Part shown: piece by piece, positions 1-14,939 of the stretch
Layout: the number at the start of each line of letters is the position of its first letter
Numbering within the stretch: position 1 is the first letter of the stretch
From: Eledone cirrhosa
Taxonomy: Eukaryota
Direction of reading: 5' to 3'
DNA: 64,000 nucleotides
NCBI GenBank assembly: GCA_964016885.1
Contig: OZ024742.1
Coordinates: 308,512,001-308,576,000 of the forward strand
Notes under the pieces: model-generated
Seen by the model: the letters and a program-made list of their open reading frames with translations, nothing else
What the model was told of the DNA's origin: nothing
Database searches by the model: none
Made by a program: the position numbers and the translations under genes

Positions 1-857
1 AGGAAGATGAGGAAGTCCAAATAGATAATAGCATCAATTTAATTTGTAGTAGCTGATAAATTCCGGTTTCTCAGAACAGCATTAGTAACATACGGTAAGT
101 AATATAAATGGAAATAACGAAGATATAAACCGAACTTAACGTTATTTCAAACGTATGTGCTCTCATGGACTATTAAATACAAAAGACGTTAGCATTCCTG
201 AAATCTACATAGATTTATCCTGAATATCTCCAATAAACGGCTGAACTCTTTGTCCGGGTGAATTATTTGAATAAATGTTCATCCACCAGTTAGTGATTAT
301 CAGCAAGAATACGTAATCAGTGATGTTACTACCTACAACACAGTATTTTTCCTACACACCTTATCGGAAAACAGATTAAACCTTTCTATACACACTACTG
401 TTCAAAGAGCAATGAACATGACTTTATCAACCCAAAATTTATTTCCCTACCACAGCCTGAAAAGAAAATATTCTTTACTACTCCAGTACTTTTATTAAGG
501 CAGGTTTCGATGGAGTTGTAATTGCCCTATATGTGCCATTTTTCTGTTGCCTATTTGGCAATCCTGCCGTGTTATTTAGTTTTTACATATTAATATATCT
601 ATATTATACATAATGTGTCTGTGTGAGTGTGCACATGCATATTTAACATACATACCTCCCCACACTTTAATAAAAGAACGCTGCGTTATCTGCTTGACGT
701 CTAGAGGCAGAATTTACGTTCTTTTGTGCTGAGGTACAAGTTTTTAAAGGGACTTTTGCGGAGGTGGGGATTTTATCGATGCATAATATTGCTTAATACC
801 GTGTCTGGAAATCTGGAATCGGATTTGTCGATGACTAAAGTCTGTCTTAAGCCAGAA

Positions 858-1112
858 GTCTCGTTAGACCGGTGCTTATCCCGGTTTCATGGTGTGAAGC
901 AACTGAGAATACAAGACTCCCCCATAGATAGGACGCCAGGCCATCGCAGGGTTAAGCTATTGCTAGTACTCATTTTCAGCTGAGTGTACTGGAGCAACGT
1001 GAAATGAAGTGTTTTGCTCAAGAACACAACACGCAATCCAGCCCAGGAATCGAATCCATAACATTGTGATTGAAAGTCCAATACCTTTACCCCTAGGCCA
1101 TGCGCTTCCACT
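858..1112 (-). mobile_element. tRNA-derived SINE, family A, near full length
   Basis: Minus strand starts GGAAGCGCATGGCCTAGGGG (A box) ... GGATTCGATTCC (B box). It continues with the body GTGTTCTTGAGCAAAACACTTCATTTCACGTTGCTCCAGT, which recurs elsewhere in the window. Confidence 0.85.
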
Positions 1113-2240
1113 GTCGATGACTAGAACCAAATAAAAACTTTCAGTCGGAATGTTCCTGAAGCTTACGTAAATATTTATCTAGAATTATTTTACTTTTAAT
1201 GCCAATGTCAGATTTGGTCAGGTTAACGTTACCTATGAAAGGTTATTTATTAAGATTACATTTATGTTTCATAATTGTGGAGTATGACTGCATAGCATTT
1301 AGAAGTTATGCTCGGTTGTTAAAAGTAATTCTAACCCCCATGAATATTAATCTCATGCAGCATATGCCATGATGTTTCTCACATGAGTTTGTGGTGGTGT
1401 TTTAGATACAATGCTTAATGGTAGTGTTATCGATTTCATATAGATTTATAATTTTATCGGACAACACATGCACTAAGTAGCACATTATTACAGCTTTAAT
1501 TCTTCTGCTTAAATCTGAATGGAATGCTTTATTACATTTTCTCAATTGAATATTTCTTATGCATTGCAAAGTAACATTTCCAAATGATCCCTAGTGCTGG
1601 TCATTTGTTCGTTTTAAATCCATATGTGAATTTGTTCTCATTGTTTCTATTTAGCTTTAAAAACCATTATGATAATTGTCTTTGTCTTTTCATAAAGTTA
1701 TTGTATTTTTGCATATGCCATTCAAATTAGAACATTCTAGTGGGAATTATGATTTCTGTTTTCTTTGTTTTTTTTTGTTTAGTTTTTTATTTGATGTTAT
1801 TTGTAAAGATATTCAATTGTGTTTGCATCAGTAAGATTTGGGGATATTAGCTACTAACATCCGGCAATGATTTAGTAGAAAATATCTAAAAATTCTGATT
1901 TTTTAAATGCTGATGTTTATAGTAAGTTTAATAGTAAAGATATGTGCCATTCTGGAAATTTACAGTAATAAGTTAAAGAAGATAATTATTAATATGATGT
2001 AGTTATAATGTTGTTTGTACTTTCAAGAATGTCATCTTAATACGGTTTCATATAGTTCAAACCGTGAAACTTCCAAATGCTCAGCAATCAGGACTGAATG
2101 TGTAGATAACCAAATTATTGGTGTGTGTATGTGCGTATATGCATGTATATACATATATTCCAAGCTTCTCTCTAAATACAGGACAAAAGTATCTGCAATT
2201 TAGTTATTCATTCTCTTCGTACACAATCATAAGATATTGT

Positions 2241-2281
2241 TTTTACATGTTTCAGAGGTTGTTACCTGCTCATCAGAAGAT
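2241..2281 (-). ncRNA. minimal type I hammerhead ribozyme motif
   Basis: Minus strand reads TCTT-CTGATGA-GCAGGT AACA ACCTCT-GAAA-CATGTA-AAAA. The core is intact, stem III is the palindrome ACATGT, and the cleavage triplet is GUA. Stems I and II have one mismatch each. Confidence 0.6.
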
Positions 2282-2399
2282 ACATATCCGTATCTTTCCA
2301 TCTAAGACGAGAACATATTTATGCCAAAGTTATATTTATCTCAAACACAAACCCAAAACCACTGAAACATAGTAAATTACTTATTATGTGGTTTGGAGG

Positions 2400-2697
2400 T
2401 CTTGCGGTTATGATGACGAGTATTTCAGTTTAGTCAATCAACAAAAGAGCTTGCCCGGGAATTTAAAGAACGAATGACTAAGCATTCAACAAGCCCGTGT
2501 ACATTTATATAGCTCTCAGATGGAAGCAGTGTGATACAGAGTGTGAGAAGGCTGGTCTTTAAAATTAGTTATAATTCATAGCTGGATGGATTGGAGCAAC
2601 GTGAAGTAAAGTGTCAAGGACTCAATGTAACGGTGAGAATCGAACTGAAGACACACGATTGTGAGCTGAACACCTTAGATTCTAAGCCACATGCCTT
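2400..2697 (-). mobile_element. SINE family A, diverged, alternative tail
   Basis: Body TGGAGCAACGTGAAGTAAAGTG and tRNA-like head (GAATCGAAC...CTAAGCCACATGCC). The tail is shared with copies near 7105, 40860 and 56935. Confidence 0.7.
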
Positions 2698-3640
2698 TAC
2701 AATTACAAAATTCATATAAAAATGAGAAAACTCATCGCTTAAACAATCGTTAAAACCGCTAAATGCTGTCAAAGATAGCGATGGGCAAAAATGCCTGAGA
2801 AGACAGAGACCAGCGGTCACTGGTCAACAGATGGGTGTCAGGCAGATGAAACATAAAAAATATTGAAAGAGGAGGACAAGGAGAAGTGTGTTGGCGCATA
2901 GGAGTGACTGGAAGAAGGAAATAAAGAAAAGCAAAATTACTTACACATTATCCAATGTTTTGTTGTTTTATTTATTTCTGTAATTATTTATTTCCAGCAA
3001 GTTTTCAATACAGACAACACATATCTAAATGTCACGTGTGTGCTACTACTCCCTAAGATTACACAGCAGAAGTAGGTCGTGATGACTTTCTAAAGGTGTA
3101 ATATCGTTAGATATGACGACTACCTCGTTAGGTAATTAATTAATTAGACATAAAACTGATTAACAAAGTATATTATATAAGAGATAGCTTCACTTACTTT
3201 TGTACGGTTGGCAAAACTTTTTATATATTTCTTTGTGTATGTGTTTGTAACTGTCTGTGTGTTAGCGTTTCTGTGTCCGTGTGTCTGAGTCTGTGTGTCT
3301 GTGAGTGTGTGTATGTGTGCCAGTGTAGGTGTGTGTCTGTTTCTGTTTGTGTATTTGTATCTGTGTGCGTGTGTCTCTGTCTGTTCATGTGTGTACGTGG
3401 ATGTGTGCGTGCGTTTGTCTCTATGTTTGTGTGTTTGTATATCTGTGTGCGTGTCTGTGTCTGTCTGTTCATATGGGTACGTTGATGTGTGTGTGTGTTG
3501 TGTGCGCGCGCATGTGTGTGTGTGTGTGTTATGACATTATATGTCTGGTGCAGGTGAGAATTCTATCTAGAAAAATAAAAAAAAAACTAATTAATGGGAA
3601 ATTAAATCTGTCTTCCTCATAAAGTGAATATTTTTGTTTC

Positions 3641-3694
<54 letters not shown>

Positions 3695-3950
3695 TTTTCT
3701 ATTTCTCCATAGTATTTCATCATTGTAAAACTTTGGTGTATAAGAAAAATGTTGAAGCTATTCAATATGCTAGTTAGATCGAAAATTATGAGGCAGCAAC
3801 TTATCAAATATCAATGAAACCGAATCACGTCAAAACTTCTATAGTAAAAGTCTTGCTACTATCGGCTGGCTAAAAAGTCAATTCCTATTTTTTTTTAAAT
3901 TCATAATTTTTTTTTTATTATTAAAATATTATATATTTTTTTTCTTTCAG

Positions 3951-4032
3951 ATTAAAGTTGAATAAAAGCGAGACCCAATTATGGAAAAATACCCACTCCC
4001 AGAAAAATTAGTATTGAGTTAATTTGTAATAG
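3951..4032 (+). other. candidate non-coding or UTR exon
   Basis: Strong polypyrimidine acceptor TTTTTTTTCTTTCAG before 3951 and donor AG|GTAAGA after 4032. Stops occur in all three frames. Confidence 0.3.
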
Positions 4033-4164
4033 GTAAGAAATTACTTTGGACCAAACCTGTATACACATATCTGCAGACACTCGCACATACAAATATGATT
4101 GTGGATTCATATATTCATATATCACGTAAGAGAACAATGCAAATATAGTATATTATTTTATTGA

Positions 4165-4368
4165 AGTGCGAATCGGTAGAGTATCAGACAACATTATTTG
4201 CAGTATTATGGATATTTACGTTCTGAGTTCAAATCCCGCCGAGGTTAGCTTTGCCTTTCTTCCTTACGGGTTCGATAAAATAAGTATCAGCAATGCACTG
4301 GGGTCCATTTATACGCCATTCCCCTTCCTTTCAAATTGCTGGCTTTGTGCCAAATGTTGAAACAATTA
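4165..4368 (+). mobile_element. SINE family B
   Basis: CTGAGTTCAAATCCCGCCGAGGTTAGCTTTGCCTTTC...GATAAAATAAGTA...GGCTTTGTGCCAAA. Confidence 0.8.
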
Positions 4369-4567
4369 TTTTATTGGTAAGATATACTTGGAATGTAGTA
4401 TTTGAATGTTTTGGGTACAATCCTTTCGTCGGAAGACAGAAAGATAAAGGGTGGTGTATGTTTGAGATGTCGAAGAAAAACATATACAGACGAGAGTAAA
4501 AACGAAAACGAAAATGTACAAAAAAGGTAGAAAGCACATAATATTAGTCATTTTATTTGTATACTAA

Positions 4568-5008
<441 letters not shown>

Positions 5009-6439
5009 AGATAAATAAGAAAGCGAAGATGTAAAGAATACGAAAATAGTGTTGGACAGTTTTATACGAACATTCTAGACTAAACGCATTGCCAGATATC
5101 TATATAGATTATAAACTTATTTTATCTCCTTTTTTCTAATTCATTGAACTATTCTTTTATATTTTCCGAAAATCGAATTTCCTACTTAAGATACGAACTC
5201 AATTAAGCAGAGACAAGTTGAGGATATTTGCTTCACTTAATGAATCTTAAAGACAGAAATAGACGCGTAAAACTGAGTAATCAAATCTGCACTTAATCTC
5301 AACTTATCAAAGTCTTATGATCTCGAGATTCTTCAGTCATAAGCTGCAGATAGTTTAATTTTCGTTTGTACTTTAACAAGTATGAAACGATACTTCAATT
5401 GGAGTTTGGAATAGAATTGTAGTTGGTTCTCTTAAATCTTATACTCTAATTTGAGAAATTTGGAATGAAATTTGAGCTGTTTTAACTAGTCATTTTATTC
5501 TAGTTTTCCTCTTGATTTATGAATTCTACTTACATGTATTATTTCACCTATACTGACTGCTGGTGCTTACAATACCCAGGGAATAGTGTGTTAAATGGTT
5601 TATAACGGGAGGAAGTGTACATAGGACCGGGTAAATTTGGTGTGAGCAGTTTTAGATGAGCTGTAGAGGTTTTTTCTGTCACTCACGCTGCAAGGACCTC
5701 AGCCGATTCGGCTTTACAGAGGTTGAGAAAAAGGAACTATTTATTCCGTGAGTGACGTCGGATCTAAAGCCACCAAGTTATTTAGGTAGAAATGGCTGGT
5801 CAGTAGTTGTTTGGTGCAGGGACACAAATCAGGGCCTGATCAACCCTAGCTGGGTCGGGTCGCCTGAAAAAGCTTGGATGGTGTTGAAAGAGCTAAAGCA
5901 TCAAGTGATCCCAGGTCAAATCACTGATATATCACAACTTATCTATGAAGATGAACCTTTCACATGTATATTCCCTAGCGGAGCAATTAATTGAATAGAT
6001 GACGATAGACTATAAGATCTTCAAATAAAAAAACATCGAGAACATTCTTTACCCTTTCTAAATATAGGTATGCACACGTGATATAATATGTTTGACTCCT
6101 GCAAATATTTCTTGCAAGGATTACTGGGGATAGATATTTATTTTATTCTAATGAGAAATTATATATGCATAATAATAAAATGAACTAAAAGATTTAAGTA
6201 TTTTAACTGTGTTTAAACGAATTACTGTCCCACTTCATAAATAAGGCCATTTATTATCTTTTCTTACGACTGATAAATAGATGTTAGATAGGCATATTCG
6301 TGCTAAATTAACCTACTTGGTTCGATGTTTTAATATTTCATGTCATGAATTGATGGATTTTATAGGTTTAGATAATGTCAGTAAATAAAGACCAACATAT
6401 TTGATTGTTTGTATTGGTTTCAATAATTTCCCATAATTA

Positions 6440-6990
6440 GGGCGGTAGATTGTCAGTATCGGACAACATGTTTAATGGCATAGGGTGATTGCTCTTTATG
6501 ATCTGAGTTCAAATCCTGTTGAGATTATCTTTGCCTTACGAGATCGATAAGATAAAGTAGCGGTAATGTACTGGTTCGATTTCCGCCTCCCCAAAATTGT
6601 TGGCTCTGTGCTAAGATCATACTGTCAATACTCCATTGTGTACTGTTAACATCTTAATATGCGCATGGAACGATCAGTCTTTATCCCTTATAATTCCTCA
6701 TACGCTTATTCTAACGTTTGAATAATGATAGGACTTGGCCCTGAGTCTCTTGGTTACAATATATTAGAAGGTTTATAGTGAAGCGATTGAAAATAATTCA
6801 CGTTTAATTGTATTTAGTTTTCATGTCGGACATCATGCTTTGCAGCATATAGTTACCCCCCTTTACAGTCTGAGTTCCAATCCCCCTGAGGTTAACTTTG
6901 CCTTTCATCCTTACGGAGTCGATAAAACAAAGTACCAGTAATGCACTGTGATAATTGCTGGCCTTGTGCCAAAGGTAGAGACAATTATTT
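6440..6990 (+). mobile_element. two SINE family B copies (~6440-6620, ~6825-6990)
   Basis: B box-like GAGTTC(A/C)AATCC in both copies; body GCCTTTCATCCTTACGGAGTCGATAAAA in the second. Confidence 0.8.
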
Positions 6991-7419
6991 CAGCTCTTTT
7001 CTTTTGGCGTTCTTTGGCATTGGATTATTGATATCACCAGAGCCCTTGATATTTTTGTATTATCGTTACTAAGTGTAGCTTTTATAAAAGGAATGAATAT
7101 ATCAACGTCGGGTTCGACGATGTTCCAGTTGTTCGATTAACAGAACAGCCAGCTCGTGAAATTAGAAAGTGACTAGGCATTCCTTAATATACTCTCAAGG
7201 AGACTCGGTGTGACATATTGTAAGACAAGGCTGTCTCTTTGAATTACTGGTATAATCCATCCGATGCGATTTCAGCAGTTTCCATCCATCCTATTTCCCT
7301 CAGAGTGTATGAGTCTACCCGGGATTATTATAAATTACATTTGCCCAAGATTTCACACTGTGGGGTTTCACCCAGGATCTAGCGAATGCAAACTTTCGAT
7401 CATGCTGCGTCCCCACACT

Positions 7420-7805
7420 TCCTATTAACAGTAGCTGGTTATGCCTGATATAGTTATTACAAAATATGGTATGTTAACTTATTTTCTTATAACTGTGTCT
7501 GGCTGTGTTTCAGAGATTTATTACCAACCATAGTGTATAAAGATATTTTCTAATAACTGAGACTGTATAAATCAGAGTTATTGCAAAGATATTGCAAAGT
7601 TATTGTGAAGACATTTTCTTATGACTGTAGCTGGCTGTGTCTGAGCATGTTATTATAAAATATAGTGTGAAGATATTTTCTCATAACTGTGGCTGTCTAG
7701 GTTTGAGAGAGTTATTATAAAATATAGTGTGAAGTTATTTTTTTTTTATAACTGTGGCTGTCAATGTCAGAGAGCTGTTACTAAACATATTGTGAGAAGA
7801 TACTT
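7420..7805. repeat. degenerate ~60-65-bp tandem repeat, about 6 units
   Basis: Recurring ATTTTCTTATAACTGTGGCTG...AGAGTTATTA...ATAGTGTGAAG. Confidence 0.65.
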
Positions 7806-8436
7806 TCTTTGGAACTCCACTCAGAAATGTTGACATTTTTAAAAGGTTAGCATTAGCTGAACCAACTTGACTTGTTTCCTCTTATAAAGACCCTCAGCCA
7901 TTCACCTACGATTCCAACAATATCGAGATCACGTATTTGATCCTCAAATCAACTTTGTACAAAGCATTTTCAACAACGAGATATAACATTCAACAATTGG
8001 TACGGAAATATATAAGTATGTGTGTATTTCTGTGTGTACGTCAGTACGTGTGTATTTCTGTGTGTATGTCTGTATATGTGTATTTCTGTGTTTGTCCGTA
8101 TGTGTGTATTTCTGTGTGTATCTCTGTATGTGTGTATTTCTGTGTGTATGAGAGTATGTATGTGGCTGTATAATTATTTTCGTATCCTTTATATTTGTCT
8201 GACAATGTTCTTTTGCATATGTTTGCATATATATGTGTGTGCACATAAGTATCTCTGTGTGGATGAGTGAGTGAATGAGAGTGTGGTAGGGGGTGGCTTT
8301 CCTAGCATTACGTCCTCCACCAAACGTTTTTCAAAAATACAGGATTTCCTTTTATGCTCTCGGTTTGGCTGTAGCCCTCTAGCCCTCTCTCAAGATCATA
8401 TTAATTGTCTCTCTGTGTCCCTTATTCGTGACTTTT

Positions 8437-8615
8437 ATAATTGTTTTTACTTTAGGCACAAGGCCAGCAATTACCCAGTACATTACTAGTACTTTATTTT
8501 ATCGACGCAGTAAGGATGAAAGGCAAAGTTAACCTCGACGGGATTTGAACTCAGACCGTAAAGGGATGTAACTATGCTGGAAAGCATGGCGTCCGACCTT
8601 CCACCGATACTGCCC
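8437..8615 (-). mobile_element. SINE family B
   Basis: Reverse complement of the family B sequence: AAGGATGAAAGGCAAAGTTAACCTCG..GGATTTGAACTCAG. Confidence 0.88.
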
Positions 8616-9176
8616 CTTTTCTTCATTCTCACTACTTTCATTTTATCAATCGTTCAACTCCAATAAATACATTATCAGTCTAATGAAGCGTTATACCTAA
8701 GACATTAGACTTCCTTCTTCGTAGACAATTTATTCTAATGTTTAAACAATTTTTATTCCTGGCAGAGAACTTATTGGTTGACTATATAAAATATATGCTT
8801 GACTGGTTGACCAGCTAAATTCATACACAGTCACAATGTTGTAGAATCCGTGGGACACAGCTTCATAATGGACAGAATGTCATTTACCATAACAGGATAT
8901 TCTAAGAATATATTCTGCATCTTTCTCAACTGGCTTTAGGACTTTGCTGTTATGTGAAAACAAATAGATATGTCATTTGCTTTAGCCTATACTTTACTCC
9001 TTTACTCTATCGCATATTTAATATATCATGCACTCTTTCTATACTATATTTTCAACGAAGAGTTGGGAATGTTATTTGGGTAAATCTTTTTTTAATATGG
9101 ATATGAGATGAGAACTGTGATGAAAGTCCCATGACCTTTCGTTGTATAAATATCTGTTGTCATCGCTTCAATAAAT

Positions 9177-9370
9177 AGTTGTTTCTACTTTTGGCACAAG
9201 GCCAGCATATTATTATACCCAGTATATTACTGGTACTTTATTTTATCGACCTCGTAAGGATGAAAGGCAAAGTTAACCTCGACAGGATTTGAACTCAGAC
9301 CGTAAAAGGACATAACTATGCTGGAAAGCATGGCGTCCGACCCTCTACCGATACTGCCAATTCACCGCAA
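9177..9370 (-). mobile_element. SINE family B
   Basis: Same family B motifs, near full length. Confidence 0.88.
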
Positions 9371-10104
9371 TAGTGTTGTCAAGACTCTATTGAATTGACC
9401 AATTAGCATTTCATTCCCCCTTTTGTGGGCGGTTAATTGACGTTAGGGCGTCGGATTAAAAATGCCTCAGCATTTCTTCCAGCTTGAGATCGAATCCCGT
9501 CATTGTCAAGTTTACCTATCATCATTTCAAAATAGATGAATAAAATACTAATCTACTACTGGAGTCGACTGTGTCTCGACCCAGGAAAGGACTGGGAACG
9601 CCAGGTATAAAATGCCCAAGATTTACTGTTTGTTTTGTACGGCACACCTACGATGTAAGTGTTCTTTAAATTTTACTTACTCCATCTTTTGAGGATTTAC
9701 AATAATTTGGCCACTTGTTTCAAACATTAATTTCATTGTTCCAATGGACAGCGGTTGTTCCCTTTCTAGATATGTAGAATACTAAAAAGCTAGTTTCTAT
9801 GCTTTATACAAATTCTACAACTTTTCTTGCCATCATTTCTTTTATTTTACGTGAAAGCATGTTTTGTAAACCACAATTTCTACGAAGAGCATTCCTACAT
9901 GTGGCGTTTCTCTGTCAGAAGAAATTTTCTTTTCTATGTATGATATTTTATTGTACATTGACTTTCATCTCCAGATGATATCTAATATCTATTTCACTGT
10001 GAAGCATTTTCTTGTTTAAAGGCTGAGAGAAGATATGCATCTATCCATCGCTTAAGTCAGTGAAACCAACACGGAAATGTCATAGTAAAAAGCTACTGTA
10101 TCAA

Positions 10105-10408
10105 AATAACTATTACACTAAGAAATGTTTTCGCCCTTCGTGTGCGCGGGTACATGATGGGAAGAAATAGACATAGAAGGAGGGAGAAAGACATTCATAT
10201 ATATATATATACGAATGTCTTTCTCCCTCCTTCTATGTCTATTTCTTCCCATCATGTACCCGCGCACACGAAGGGCGAAAACATATATACGAATGTCTTT
10301 CTCCCTCCTTCTATGTCTATTTCTTCCCATCATGTACCCGCGCACACGAAGGGCGAAAACATTTCTTAGTGTAATAGTTATTAGAAGGAGGGAGAAAGAC
10401 ATTCGTAT
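10105..10408. repeat. inverted plus tandem duplication cassette joined by (TA)n
   Basis: Arm 10105-10196 is inverted at 10288-10382 and partly at 10210-10283. The arm end is repeated again at 10383-10406. The copies are essentially identical. Confidence 0.9.
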
Positions 10409-10772
10409 ATATATATATATATATATATATATTAGGTATTAAATTAACAATGAAAATAAAAACAACAAAGTCAAGTTACTTTAACTATTCATATCATTGT
10501 TTTACCATCGTTTCGGAGGGTCAATCATATTGACGTATTGTCATATTGTCTGATCTATAGCAGTTATATAACTGTATAATATCAGACCTCATATATATAT
10601 ATATAGGTTGGATCAGACCGACTTCTTCGGCAACAATGAAGTTAGAATCTTCATTGGTATCTTTAAGGAATTAACTCGGCGGAACACAAAACATCTCTCT
10701 GGATTTCACTGGATTACTTGGCGTTGGATTACATTGAGTTCTATCTATGGTACGGACCCTACCACCCTACTG

Positions 10773-11460
<688 letters not shown>

Positions 11461-11628
11461 TGCATTTGTGTGTGTGCATGTGTGTGTGCATGTATGTGTG
11501 AGCGTGGAGTGAGAGAGAGAAAGAAAGGGAGAAAGAAATACATTCATATATTTATGTTTGTGTATGCGTAGGAGTGAATATGCATTGTAGTGACAGAAAG
11601 AGCGAGAGCTTCATATGTATACGCGCGC

Positions 11629-11725
<97 letters not shown>

Positions 11726-11989
11726 CAAGTAAAATACACTTTGTTTTACATGAATAAATCTGTCATAGAGGAATATATTATTGTTATTGAAGGTAACTAA
11801 TGTTCCAACAGAAACTAATGTAAAGGTTGCAGTATAAATGTTGTTTGACTGAATTCACCCTGTGGTATTTGTGACTATACCATCCTCATGAGATGTATGT
11901 ATGTAAAAGGCAAACAGAAATAACAACACAATCGGTACAGTATATGGAAGGAATATATTAGGTTAACACTTGAAATAGCAGGAAGAGGG

Positions 11990-12025
11990 TTTTAACGTTT
12001 CGGACGCTAGCCCTTCATCAGAAGA
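11990..12025 (-). ncRNA. minimal hammerhead motif, PLE pseudo-LTR type
   Basis: Minus strand reads TCTT-CTGATGA-A-GGGC TAGC GTCC-GAAA-CGTT-AAAA, with palindromic AACGTT at stem III. The flanks are homologous to 24480-24610 and 41125-41165. Confidence 0.7.
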
Positions 12026-12115
12026 AAGAATGAGAAATAAGATAGATTGAAGGGACGAGCGGGATGGAATTGGGAAATATGTATTTAAATAAAAATAACA
12101 GGTCTACTCATGTTG

Positions 12116-12145
<30 letters not shown>

Positions 12146-12148
<3 letters not shown>

Positions 12149-12924
12149 CATTAAAATATATGATAAACACAAAACGTGTTTGCATTGCAACAGACAGTCA
12201 GCTATTAATGAAATAAACTAATTAAAGTGAATACAATTTGTCTGTCTCGATATAAGTCAATAAAGACAATCTTATGGAGCTTAATTATTGTAAAGGACTG
12301 AGAGCTTATTCTCAAAATATTATATAGTATATTGCTCCTTAAATGTTAGAGCTGATTTTTAATCCCGCATATATGGCTGTTATTTCTAGCACCGTTAATG
12401 CGGGACGGCTAGTTTGGTCTGGCTATACACGTGTAGTCAGACTTGCAAAATTTTTTGATGTGAAATGTACTAATTTTTACTGGATTCCTGTTGATATGCA
12501 CAGAAGATTTGGATATTTCACTTTTTATTTCAATTCCTTTTTATTTCAATTCCATTTCGATTCTTTTTATTTCAATTCCATTTCGATTCTCTTTATTTTT
12601 TAAATTCACATACCACCATTGCGAAACGGATTTAGGTTTCGAGGTTCAAATTCGTCTACAGAACAGGTTTGGATTTTGAAATTTAAATCTGTCCAGGAAT
12701 CATGGCAGTTGCCAATATAAGATTGTCTTTATTGACTTATATCGAGATAGACAAATTGTATTCACTTTAATTAGTTTATTTCATTAATAGCTGACTGTCT
12801 GTTGCAATGCAAACACGTTTTGTGTTTATCATATATTTTAATGTATTTAACTGCTCGGAAATGACCCCTTCCTGGAGCTTAATTATTGTAAAGGACTGAG
12901 AGCTTATTCTCAAAATATTATATA

Positions 12925-12930
<6 letters not shown>
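12146..12930. mobile_element. TA-flanked element with a ~125-bp inverted repeat and a ~55-bp direct repeat (PLE-like architecture)
   Basis: 12146-12274 is the reverse complement of 12717-12845. GGAGCTTAATTATTGTAAAGGACTGAGAGCTTATTCTCAAAATATTATATAGTATAT occurs at ~12276 and ~12873. Confidence 0.6.
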
Positions 12931-12964
<34 letters not shown>

Positions 12965-13542
12965 TGTGGAATTACTCTACCATAATGTAGATTTGAGAAT
13001 TAGAGGAATATAATCTAACTCACTACATACGAAATAAATGTATTTTATTTATTTTGAAGCCACAGCTGGGTCTCTGTCCAATGACTGAGACCAATAAAGG
13101 CTAAAGTAATATATGTAATCTGAAACTAAATGAATTCTGTTGGCTTAACTTTTTTAACATACATATTCCCATACCGGAGGAATAATTTTTGGAGGTTGAA
13201 CGTATGTTACGAAGTATGAATTAATTTCAATTATCATATGGGAACTATGAACTGTTATTACGTAACCTCAAATTATGTTTCAGTGGTTATATCATTTGTT
13301 GAAAATATGGAACGTGGGCATCACAGCACTTCAGTCATCCTCTCATACGTATTTCGAACTTTGATCTTAGCTAAGAAAAAATGATATTATGTCTTAAGCG
13401 GTGATGCTAACTCAGATGTACATAGTCAACCTGAGTGCAATATTATGATATCCATAATATTTCCAAGATCAATACCGGGTATAAATGAACCAGATGTCTC
13501 TGACTAATACACTGTTTACTCACATAACGATATCTTTCTACC

Positions 13543-14060
<518 letters not shown>

Positions 14061-14616
14061 AGAACATGTAATATAATATCATGAGATGCGGCGTGATCTT
14101 TGGCTCGTACTTAAATAACCGATGATAAAACCTAACCTTGGGGGCAGTATGAAGAAATATAATAAAACTACTTTGATCATCAGTAATACGACTTACATCA
14201 TAATTGGCAGACGGGCAGAAATCAATATCAGAGTTATATATTGATGTTGTCATGTCTTTTGATGAAGTGTCCAGGAGAAAGTTGCAAGAAACCAAAAGAA
14301 AACTGAAAATGATAGAAAACAGATACATCAATATACGAACCAGCAGGATATTATGATCACTGTGTTGTTTGTGTTTTAGTTATGTATTATATAATGAATA
14401 AAATATCCAGGTTTCAACAGAGTCGCATACTTTGACGCACACACACACACAAATATATATATATAAAAGTATATATATATATATATGCAAAAGTTCTATT
14501 TAAATTGTTGGGATACAACAAGCAAATATTTTTATAACTGATATAAAGCACTCGACAAGTATTTGGAGTAAATATACGATATTAACAAATGGAAACTATA
14601 TTTATAAAACCATATT

Positions 14617-14681
14617 TATTTTATTATAAATATTTCAAGGATACCATGTTAAATTATGGTATGCCTTCATCAGACAAAATA
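14617..14681 (-). ncRNA. type I hammerhead ribozyme, left arm
   Basis: Reverse complement of the 14836-14900 motif; stem III is ATA-tt-TAT followed by A. Confidence 0.75.
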
Positions 14682-14835
14682 CAATATATACCAGTTTTAT
14701 AAATAAACATTGACGTACCCTTTCAAAATGCAACCGTTACTTTTGGAAGACATCACTATCCTGATGTCTTCCAAAAGTAACGGTTGCATTTTGAAAGGGT
14801 ACATCAATATTTATTTATAAAACTGGTATATATTG

Positions 14836-14900
14836 TATTTTGTCTGATGAAGGCATACCATAATTTAACATGGTATCCTTGAAATATGTATAATAAAATA
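14836..14900 (+). ncRNA. type I hammerhead ribozyme, right arm
   Basis: Stem I TATTTTGT/ATAAAATA (8 bp); CTGATGA 14844-14850; stem II containing ATACCAT/ATGGTAT; GAAA 14881-14884; stem III ATA-tg-TAT; triplet AUA. Confidence 0.75.
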
Positions 14901-14939
14901 AATATGGTTTTATAAATATAGTTTCCATTTGTTAATATC

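Noticed and set aside
1-100. Possible exon ending at donor CG|GTAAGT (position 95)
   Set aside because: Stops in all three frames and no acceptor in view; at most a non-coding exon.
10495-10535. Minus-strand GAAAC-GATG-GTA with hairpin GTCAAT/ATTGAC
   Set aside because: Only the 3' half of a hammerhead, with no CUGANGA. A similar half motif lies at ~24035-24050.
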